In this document: positions 9,264-15,816 of the stretch, one piece after another
Layout: each line of letters begins with the position of its first letter
Numbering within the stretch: position 1 is the first letter of the stretch
DNA from: Patescibacteria group bacterium
GTDB lineage: Bacteria > Patescibacteriota > Patescibacteriia > JACRDY01
NCBI GenBank assembly: GCA_041653535.1
Contig: JBAZFH010000001.1
Span: 214,175-278,174 of the forward strand
DNA length: 64,000 nt
Direction of reading: 5' to 3'
The notes under the pieces: model-generated
What the model saw: the letters and a program-made list of their open reading frames with translations, nothing else
The model's database searches: none
Told to the model about the DNA's origin: nothing
Translations under genes and position numbers: made by a program

Positions 9264-9351
9264 TGTACCGATGAGCTGTTCGACCTGCCTGCCGGTAGGC
9301 AGGGAGATGTTAAAGGGTATCCCTTCAGATGAGACTCGGAAGGATTGAAAT
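9264..9351 (+). ncRNA. conserved tRNA-trailer structured element, copy A
   Basis: Begins immediately after the tRNA 3' end. Shares three collinear blocks with copy B at 12498-12585: TACCGATGAGCTGTTCGA, AAGGGTATCC and TTCAGATRAGACTCGGAMGGATTGAAAT. Each copy carries a different internal hairpin. Confidence 0.5.
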
Positions 9352-9367
9352 TTTTCATTTAGAAACC

Positions 9368-9400
9368 AAAACTCCCTTGGAAGATACTCCAGGGAGTTTT
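9368..9400. terminator. bidirectional terminator hairpin
   Basis: AACTCCCTTGG-aagatact-CCAGGGAGTT flanked by A and T runs, between the + strand element and the convergent minus-strand gene. Confidence 0.6.
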
Positions 9401-9417
9401 GTTAGACAGACATACTT

Positions 9418-9942
9418 TTAAGAATTAATATTGGTGTTTGATCCGTCCATCGGGCCGGGTCCGTCAAAATTATTATCTCCTCTCATCGGTCCGTGGCCAG
9501 GTTGGCCGACCATGATCTCGGCGGCAGTTACATTCGTACCATCAACTTCGCCGTGCACCATAATCATGTCATCAACTTTCAAATCGGAAACGGCTAGGGT
9601 GGTTTCAGTTGGTTTTTCACCAGCCTCGCCCCGAGTCATTTCTTTCACAGTGGTGCCGGAAGTGTCAACGGTGTAAGTAACTTCGGTGGCATCTGGACCA
9701 AAACCTTGTTTACCGGTAATGGTGATGGTGGTACCGCTGATAGCGGAAATCTTACCCATAACACCTGGCCGATGTTGATTTCGATCTGGACTTTTTTCAC
9801 CCATCGGTTTGTTTGGTCCGTGGCCAGGTTGGCCGACGTCTGAGGCAGTATTAGTTCTAGCTAAGGCGTAATTTGCTCCGCTTAGAGTTAAAAGAGTTAA
9901 AGCTAGAATGGTTAGGATGAACAGTGATTTTTTGTGTTTCAT
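9418..9942 (-). CDS. secreted beta-strand repeat protein (DUF5666-like domain, 1 copy) with GQPGHGP motifs
   Basis: Signal peptide MKHKKSLFILTILALTLLTLSGANYALA. The domain GKISAISGTTITITGKQGFGPDATEVTYTVDTSGTTV...VSDLKVDDMIMVHGEVDGTNVTAAEIMV is a paralog of the repeats in the next gene. Confidence 0.6.
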   Translation of the reverse strand: MKHKKSLFILTILALTLLTLSGANYALARTNTASDVGQPGHGPNKPMGEKSPDRNQHRPGVMGKISAISGTTITITGKQGFGPDATEVTYTVDTSGTTVKEMTRGEAGEKPTETTLAVSDLKVDDMIMVHGEVDGTNVTAAEIMVGQPGHGPMRGDNNFDGPGPMDGSNTNINS

Positions 9943-10007
9943 AATTCGCTTGCTTGATTATTTTTTTGTTAATTCGACCTTTAGTTTATTTTAATTTCGA
10001 CCTTTTA

Positions 10008-10997
10008 CTATTTACCAAAACTAAATAGTCTGCTAAAAAAGTTACTAATTGAAGAGAAAAATTTAGACAAGAAACCAGTTGACTGTGAATGATCACCTTG
10101 ATTATTGCTTCTACCATTTAGGCCAGGCTGTTCTTGGTTGTCGTTAAGTAATTTTATGCCCTTAGAGATAGAAGCAGCAGTGATGGTTTGGTCGGAGATG
10201 GTTCCAGCTACTTTTAAAGTATCGCCGACGTTAATATCAGAAATACTTAAAGTTTTAGCATTAGAACCAACACCCTCAGTTATGGTAGCACTACTAGTAT
10301 CCACGGTGTAAGTAACATCAGTGGCGTTCTCACCAAATTCTTGCTTGCCAGTTAGAGTAATGGTAGTGTCGTTGATTGCTGTGACGGTGCCAGTGATGCC
10401 GCGCGACTGCTTATTGTCTTTTTTGTTTGGGTTTGAATTGCTTGAGCCGTTTGAATTTGCCGTTCCTACAGTTTTATTTTCTGATTTTTTATTGCTTGCT
10501 ATAGAATCTGTATTTGTGTTAGATCGGTTATTGGGTTTATCATTCATCCCTGGCCCTTGGTCGCCCATTTTGCCATCCATAATGGCAGTCGCCGTAACAG
10601 TCGTTCCGGAAACAGTGCCGGTAATCATTAAGGTGTCACCAACTTGGATATCAGAAACGGAGATAGTGGTTTCCGTTGGCTTAGAGACGTTAGTGTTAGA
10701 GTCAGTGGTAGGAGCAGATATTTTTTTCACCGTAGAGCTACTGGCATCCACGGTGTAAGTAACATCAGTGGCGTTCTCGCCAAATCCTTGCTTGCCGGTC
10801 AAGGTAATAGTAGTGCCGCTAATGTCTGCCACTGTGCCGGTAACACCGGGCGCGGGATGCGCTTGATCTTTTCCTTGGGGTGGTTCGAAATTTTGATCGG
10901 AATTCGCCGTATCGGCCAGAGTGAAATTTACGGTCAAGACACTGACGGCTAAGATCCCCGCTAGCGTCAAAAAAATTAGAGTTTTTCTTTTAGTCAT
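10008..10997 (-). CDS. secreted beta-strand repeat protein (2 x DUF5666-like domain) with low-complexity N/S/T-rich linkers
   Basis: Signal peptide present. Two copies of GxTGTVxxIxxTTITLTGKQxFGENATDVTYTVDxSSxT...SxSDIxVGDTLxxxGTxSxxTxTAxxI. Confidence 0.6.
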   Translation of the reverse strand: MTKRKTLIFLTLAGILAVSVLTVNFTLADTANSDQNFEPPQGKDQAHPAPGVTGTVADISGTTITLTGKQGFGENATDVTYTVDASSSTVKKISAPTTDSNTNVSKPTETTISVSDIQVGDTLMITGTVSGTTVTATAIMDGKMGDQGPGMNDKPNNRSNTNTDSIASNKKSENKTVGTANSNGSSNSNPNKKDNKQSRGITGTVTAINDTTITLTGKQEFGENATDVTYTVDTSSATITEGVGSNAKTLSISDINVGDTLKVAGTISDQTITAASISKGIKLLNDNQEQPGLNGRSNNQGDHSQSTGFLSKFFSSISNFFSRLFSFGK

Positions 10998-11160
10998 AAT
11001 TTTTGAAAGTTGTTTTTTAAATTAAAATGATACCTAGGTATAAAAATATTTCACATCTCGACCGTATTTCCATATATATTAATACGTTTGGGAGGCGACT
11101 TTTGGTGCATTTTTAGGTAAATTATGGTTGGTTATTCTTTGATTTTATTAAGACCTCATC

Positions 11161-11232
11161 GTCTAATGATTAGGATGCAGAGTTCTCATTCTGGTGATTG
11201 GGGCTCGATCTCCCGCGGGGGTTAATTATTAT
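11161..11232 (+). pseudogene. tRNA-Glu-like fragment or degenerate tRNA (5' part conserved to anticodon loop TTCTCAT; 3' acceptor strand does not pair)
   Basis: GACCTCATCGTCTAATGATTAGGA...TTCTCAT resembles copy 1 at 8540. A T-arm-like TGGGG-CTCGATC-TCCCG is present, but no 7-bp acceptor helix can be formed. Confidence 0.5.
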
Positions 11233-11278
11233 ATAAAAAAGACCGAGAATAAATTTCCCGGCTTTTTTATTCTGGCAA

Positions 11279-12331
11279 CTAAACTTTTTTGTACCTCGTC
11301 GTTCGACCTTGCCCTAGCCGCTCTATTTTTTTCAGTTGTAATAGTTTGTCTAATGCTTGAGAAACGGTCGGCCTAGCCACTTTGGTCGCTTTGGCAATTT
11401 CTCCCGGTGTTATTTCTTCACCCGATTCCAGACAACGCCAAACCGCTAACTGTTTTGGCGATAACAGTTTTTTAATATTTTCTGCAGATAGTAGATCTAT
11501 AGCTTGTTTAGCTTGAGTCAGTAAAATATTTAGGAAAAATTTTGTCCAGACCGAAATATCTTCCCTAGCTGCTCCAAAGGTTTTTTGGCTTTGGCGTAAT
11601 GCCAGATAATAGTCAGCCTTATTATCTTCAATCAATTTTTCATGCGAAACATAAGGCATATAAGCATAGCCGTATTTCAGCATCAAGAGATTGGCCAGTA
11701 TCCTAGAAAGCCGACCATTGCCATCTTGGAAAGGGTGGATTTTTAAAAACTCAACTACAAAATTACTGATTATCAGTAAAGGATGGGTTGTCTGCAAAAC
11801 AAGAGCTTCGTTGGTCCAATTCATTAATTCTTGCATTGCCTTGGGCGTTAAATACGCCGGAGTCGGAGCAAACAAAACGCTGATAGTTTTTCCGCTTTCA
11901 TCAAGTATTTCCACTTGATTCTCAATCGCTTTATATTTCCCTCGATGCCGTTCATCCTTATCCGCATACTTTAATAATTCCTTGTGTAAGTGCTTAATAG
12001 TACTTTCAGTAAAGGGGATACTGTTCCAAGAGCTAAAGACATTATCCAACAGTTCGTAGTAGCCCTGGACTTCCTGCTTATCTCGGTCAGCCAATTTTTG
12101 CAAAGATAGCCCGCGCATCAGTTTTTCAATTTCATTGTCAGTCAGCCTTGCTCCTTCAATTCTAGTAGATGCGCCTGTTGAAGTAACCAAAACTGAACGT
12201 TTTAGTCGTCCTAGTGCTTGAGGGTTTAATTGCGCCCCGCCGATCCACTGACCTTTTAGTTCATTAATTTGATTTAGGAGTAGCCAAATATCAGATGACA
12301 AGTTTTTAATCCGCTTTTCAAAATTATTCAT
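11279..12331 (-). CDS. Fic/Doc family protein (AMPylase-type fold) with C-terminal winged-helix DNA-binding domain
   Basis: Fic motif HPFQDGNGRLSR, plus a C-terminal HTH-like region (ITPGEIAKATKVARPTVSQALDKL). Confidence 0.85.
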   Translation of the reverse strand: MNNFEKRIKNLSSDIWLLLNQINELKGQWIGGAQLNPQALGRLKRSVLVTSTGASTRIEGARLTDNEIEKLMRGLSLQKLADRDKQEVQGYYELLDNVFSSWNSIPFTESTIKHLHKELLKYADKDERHRGKYKAIENQVEILDESGKTISVLFAPTPAYLTPKAMQELMNWTNEALVLQTTHPLLIISNFVVEFLKIHPFQDGNGRLSRILANLLMLKYGYAYMPYVSHEKLIEDNKADYYLALRQSQKTFGAAREDISVWTKFFLNILLTQAKQAIDLLSAENIKKLLSPKQLAVWRCLESGEEITPGEIAKATKVARPTVSQALDKLLQLKKIERLGQGRTTRYKKV

Positions 12332-12451
12332 ATAGTTGAAATATGTTAATCTTATGTATTTACTATATGAGATTATAGTAGATTATTTATAACCAGTCAA
12401 GCAATTTTAGGTCTAGATAAAATCCTCTAAAAATATTAGCTAAAATTAGAT

Positions 12452-12497
12452 GACCGCTTAGGGGCGACCCGAAAGGGTTCGATTCTCTTTGCCGTCA
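12452..12497 (+). other. tRNA-like 3' fragment (mini T-arm plus acceptor-like 3' strand GCCGTCA)
   Basis: GGGTTCGATTC T-loop motif within AAAGGG-TTCGATT-CTCTTT, then TTGCCGTCA. No matching 5' half upstream. Confidence 0.4.
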
Positions 12498-12585
12498 TAT
12501 ACCGATGAGCTGTTCGAGAGATGCTGAAGGGTATCCTCACAAAGGAGTCCTTAGGACCTTCAGATAAGACTCGGACGGATTGAAA
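12498..12585 (+). ncRNA. conserved tRNA-trailer structured element, copy B
   Basis: Has the same three conserved blocks as 9264-9351, with a different internal hairpin (GGAGTCC-ttag-GACC). Confidence 0.5.
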
Positions 12586-12629
12586 TATCCTTAGATTTCC
12601 TGGAACAAAAAGCTACCTATTGAATTTAG

Positions 12630-13046
12630 GTGGTTTTTTGTTATGATATTAATGTACTAAATATTATAATAAAAAATATGTCTAACGTAGAAAGGTCAGA
12701 GATGCCTCCTTTGCAAAACTTTGAAGTTCAAAAAATTCCAATTGGAAATGGCTATATCTATAATATATTTTTTAAGTCACCCGAGGAGGCAGAGCAAGCA
12801 ATTAAAGATTTTTGGGGCAATGTCCAGAATGCAGAAAGTATACAACGGAATATTGGTTCTGGCACATTACAGCCACTTAAACACGCGATTACTTTGGGGG
12901 ACAGGACTGAAGCCCGTGATATATCAAAACATCCTGATTCAGAAAAACATCCAGGGATGGCAGTTTATGTAAATTTTAATGGTAACACTATGGCTTTAAG
13001 CCAACGTGGTGAAGAGGCGTTGCGTAAATTAGGCTATATTGAGTAG
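12630..13046 (+). CDS. hypothetical protein (likely start at Met 12678)
   Basis: 138 aa ORF with no recognisable family. Confidence 0.4.
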   Translation: MVFCYDINVLNIIIKNMSNVERSEMPPLQNFEVQKIPIGNGYIYNIFFKSPEEAEQAIKDFWGNVQNAESIQRNIGSGTLQPLKHAITLGDRTEARDISKHPDSEKHPGMAVYVNFNGNTMALSQRGEEALRKLGYIE

Positions 13047-13069
13047 TTTTTAATTTATCCCCTTAAAAC

Positions 13070-13283
13070 ACCCCCCCTACCCCAAGGGGGTCTCTAACCA
13101 CTCTAAATTGACCCTCGAAGAAGCCCTTAAAGATTGCTATTTGGTGGTGTCAGACCGACACGGCTCACCAAAGAAAAAAAGTATCGAGACCCGATGGGTA
13201 TCTCGTGGTTCTAGACCCGAGTGCCCTTTGGCCTTGATAACTAGATAGACTAAAAAATCACCTGTAATTTAGATGATTTTTTG
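13070..13283 (+). ncRNA. candidate small structured RNA, copy 1 (core ~13074-13167 plus extension and intrinsic terminator)
   Basis: Core matches 19152-19245 with GGGTCTCTAACYACYCYAAATTGAYCC and AAGCCYTTRAAGATTGCTAKTTGGKGG..CAGACYGACAMGGCTCA. The 5' hairpin differs (CCCCC/GGGGG here, AGACCC/GGGTCT in copy 2) while keeping pairing. Ends in a hairpin plus T-run. Confidence 0.5.
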
Positions 13284-13298
13284 GTTGTTGATAACTGT

Positions 13299-13328
13299 TT
13301 GACAGATATATGGTTATGGGTATATACT
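13299..13328 (+). promoter_or_regulatory. sigma70-like promoter for the DUF5320 operon
   Basis: TTGACA at 13299-13304 with TATATA/TATACT about 17 nt downstream. Confidence 0.45.
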
Positions 13329-13392
13329 CATAATAGGTAATATTAATCAAAGGTCGTATTGCCAAAGATTATTAAATTTAACAAAAAAACAT

Positions 13393-13644
13393 ATGCCAAG
13401 AATGGACGGAACAGGTCCTGTGGGCCAAGGCGCCGGTACTGGTCGAGGAATGGGTCCTTGCGGTGGCGGAATGAGAATGGGTTGGTGCGGTCGAGGTCGA
13501 GGTCAAGGGCGAGGTTGGGGTTTTGGGAGATTTTTTCGTTCTCCTAAGAATCAGCTTCAATCATTAGAAGAGGAAGAAAAGATGCTGACAGAAGAATTGG
13601 AAGCGGTAAAAGCTGAAAAGGCGGCCCTTAAGGATCAAAAATAA
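13393..13644 (+). CDS. DUF5320-like small protein (MPRxDGTGPxGxG...TGRGxGxC glycine/arginine-rich N-terminus, C-terminal coiled coil)
   Basis: MPRMDGTGPVGQGAGTGRGMGPCGGG... followed by EEEEKMLTEELEAVKAEKAALKDQK. Confidence 0.65.
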   Translation: MPRMDGTGPVGQGAGTGRGMGPCGGGMRMGWCGRGRGQGRGWGFGRFFRSPKNQLQSLEEEEKMLTEELEAVKAEKAALKDQK

Positions 13645-13743
13645 GAGAAGGTGTGGAATCCGGCCTTCTGTCGTAAGACAGGGGGCCGGGCAACCTTCTC
13701 TTATAGCCAAGAATATCAAGTTTAATATAATTTTTCAATATTT

Positions 13744-14031
13744 ATGCCAAGACCACAACGTTGTCTATGTAAAGGAATAAAATTCGAACCCGATATAAGC
13801 TATTTTAAACCGCAAGGCGTGCCGATGCGGAATCTGCAGGTTATAGAACTTTCGCTCGAAGAAATTGAGGCGTATCGGTTACGCCATATTGAGGATATGG
13901 ATCAACAGGCGGCGGCCGAGAAAATGCATACCTCGACCAGCACTTATCAGCGGATACTCTATTCTGCTTATGGGAAAATTGCCGATGCCCTGATTAACGG
14001 CAAGGCGATTAAAATAATTAAACATCAATAA
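13744..14031 (+). CDS. DUF134 / UPF0251 family putative DNA-binding protein
   Basis: MPRPQRCLCKG...YFKPQGVP...LEEIEAYRL...QQAAAEKM..S.STYQRIL..A..KIADALINGKAIKI matches the COG1342 pattern. Confidence 0.75.
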   Translation: MPRPQRCLCKGIKFEPDISYFKPQGVPMRNLQVIELSLEEIEAYRLRHIEDMDQQAAAEKMHTSTSTYQRILYSAYGKIADALINGKAIKIIKHQ

Positions 14032-14032
14032 T

Positions 14033-14773
14033 ATGCTCACGCTATTAACAATAATTATCGCGACATTTATCATTACTCTCTGTGTCTGGGTGGCGGTATT
14101 GTTTATTTTTTTGAAAAAAGATATTTTGTCAAAAATTACAATGTTTCTGGTTGCTCTGTCCGCCGGAGCGTTGATGGGCGGCGCTTTTTTGCATCTAATG
14201 CCTGAAGCCTCGGAAGAAATAAGGACGGATACATTGTTTGCCATTTTTTTAATTTCTTTTGCCGTCTTTTTTCTGATAGAAAAACTACTCCACTGGCGAC
14301 ATTGCCATAAAGCTGATTGCCCAGTTCATACTTTCGGTCATATGAATTTAATCGGTGACGCCATTCATAATTTTATCGACGGACTGATAATCGCCAGTAC
14401 CTTCATGGTTGATTTTAGTTTAGGTATGGCGACGACATTAGCTGTAGCTATTCACGAAATACCGCAGGAAATCGGCGATTACGGCGTTTTGATCCATGCC
14501 GGATTTAACAACAAAAAAGCTTTGACCCTTAACTACCTCGTCGCTCTCACGGTGGTATTGGGCGGTATAGCGGGATATTTTTCTTTTTCCCACTTGCAGA
14601 ATATCTTGCCTTATCTCCTACCGTTTGCGGCCGGTGGTTTCGTTTACATTGCCGCTTCCGATCTGATGCCGGAAATAAGGAAGGAGACGAACATAAGTAA
14701 GTCCATGGGTACATTTCTTGTTTTTCTTCTGGGTATATTAATGATGTATTTAATCAAATTAATTAATCATTAA
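14033..14773 (+). CDS. ZIP family metal (zinc/iron) transporter
   Basis: Multi-TM protein with a His-rich loop (HWRHCHKADCPVHTFGH) and ZIP signature HEIPQEIGDYGVL. Confidence 0.75.
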   Translation: MLTLLTIIIATFIITLCVWVAVLFIFLKKDILSKITMFLVALSAGALMGGAFLHLMPEASEEIRTDTLFAIFLISFAVFFLIEKLLHWRHCHKADCPVHTFGHMNLIGDAIHNFIDGLIIASTFMVDFSLGMATTLAVAIHEIPQEIGDYGVLIHAGFNNKKALTLNYLVALTVVLGGIAGYFSFSHLQNILPYLLPFAAGGFVYIAASDLMPEIRKETNISKSMGTFLVFLLGILMMYLIKLINH

Positions 14774-14777
14774 AAGC

Positions 14778-15539
14778 ATGCCGGGTAAAATAAAAAACAC
14801 TTTATTGATTTTTTCCGGCAAAGGTGGCGTCGGCAAATCGACCATAGCCACAAACCTGGCCATGTCTTTTGTCCAGAAAGGATTAAAGGTCGGTTTACTT
14901 GATGCTGATATTCACGGTCCAAATTTGGCCTTAATGCTAGGTGTGCAGGAAAAAGCGGTTTTCTCTTACGGAGAAGATTTTATCTTGCCTATTGAAGTGA
15001 GCAAAAATTTATCATTAATTTCCATTGCTTATTTTATACCCCAAAAAGATACTCCGATAATTTGGCGTGGTCCGGCAAAAATGAAAATTATTGAAAAATT
15101 TGTCAAGGAAGTAAGTTGGGGCGACCTTGATTGGCTGATAGTTGACGCCCCTCCAGGTACCGGGGACGAACCATTATCAATCGCTCAATTATTGCCAAAA
15201 TCAGGAGCGATTATAGTCACTACGCCTCAAGACGTCTCATTACTTGATTCCAAGAAAGCGATAAATTTTGCCAAAAAACTTAAATTAAAAATTTATGGTC
15301 TGATTGAAAATATGAGCGGTTTGCAATGCCCTCATTGCAATAAAGTCATCAATTTATTCAAAAAAGGTGGTGGAGAAAAAATTGCTAAAAAATATAAAAT
15401 ACCATTTTTGGGACGCATTCCTCTTGATCCGGAAATAGTTATTTCCAGTGACAGTGGTCGTCCAATTGTCATAAATAAAAAATCAGATACCACAAAGAAT
15501 TTTTTATTAATAGCTGATAAAATAATTAATAAGAAATAA
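14778..15539 (+). CDS. Mrp/NBP35 (ApbC) family P-loop ATPase, Fe-S cluster carrier-like
   Basis: GKGGVGKST deviant Walker A and a CPHCNK CxxC motif. Confidence 0.85.
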   Translation: MPGKIKNTLLIFSGKGGVGKSTIATNLAMSFVQKGLKVGLLDADIHGPNLALMLGVQEKAVFSYGEDFILPIEVSKNLSLISIAYFIPQKDTPIIWRGPAKMKIIEKFVKEVSWGDLDWLIVDAPPGTGDEPLSIAQLLPKSGAIIVTTPQDVSLLDSKKAINFAKKLKLKIYGLIENMSGLQCPHCNKVINLFKKGGGEKIAKKYKIPFLGRIPLDPEIVISSDSGRPIVINKKSDTTKNFLLIADKIINKK

Positions 15540-15543
15540 AAAT

Positions 15544-15813
15544 ATGAAAGTGCTAAAATTTGGAGCAGTATGGTGTGCGGGATGTCTTGTCATGAAGCCG
15601 AGGTGGCAGCAGATTGAAGCAGAAAATCCTTGGCTTTGCACTGAATATTATGATTTTGACCAAGACAAGGAAATCATTAAAAAGTACAACATTACTGATG
15701 TTTTGCCGGTTTTCGTTTTTTTAGATAAAGATGGTAAAGAATTTCTACGTTTAGACGGTGAAGTAGATAAAAATAAATTGATCGAAACTATCAATCAGAA
15801 CAAGGAAAAATAA
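15544..15813 (+). CDS. thioredoxin-like protein
   Basis: WCAGC active-site motif; 89 aa with a Trx fold. Confidence 0.7.
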   Translation: MKVLKFGAVWCAGCLVMKPRWQQIEAENPWLCTEYYDFDQDKEIIKKYNITDVLPVFVFLDKDGKEFLRLDGEVDKNKLIETINQNKEK

Positions 15814-15816
15814 ATT

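Noticed and set aside
9264-9351. Hammerhead ribozyme interpretation of the tRNA-trailer element (CCGATGAG…GAAA)
   Set aside because: The core reads CCGAUGAG rather than CUGAUGA, and I could not place the GAAA / stem III / cleavage-site UH in hammerhead geometry. Left as an unclassified structured element.
12452-12497. Complete tRNA upstream of element copy B
   Set aside because: Only a T-arm-like hairpin and an acceptor-like 3' strand are present. No complementary 5' acceptor strand or D-arm was found in the 120 nt upstream.
13070-13283. Assignment of the repeated ~130-nt element to SRP RNA, RNase P RNA, 6S or tmRNA
   Set aside because: None of the diagnostic conserved motifs (SRP helix 8 GGAA/AGCAGC, RNase P P4 GGAAAGTCCGGGCT, tmRNA tag reading frame) are present.
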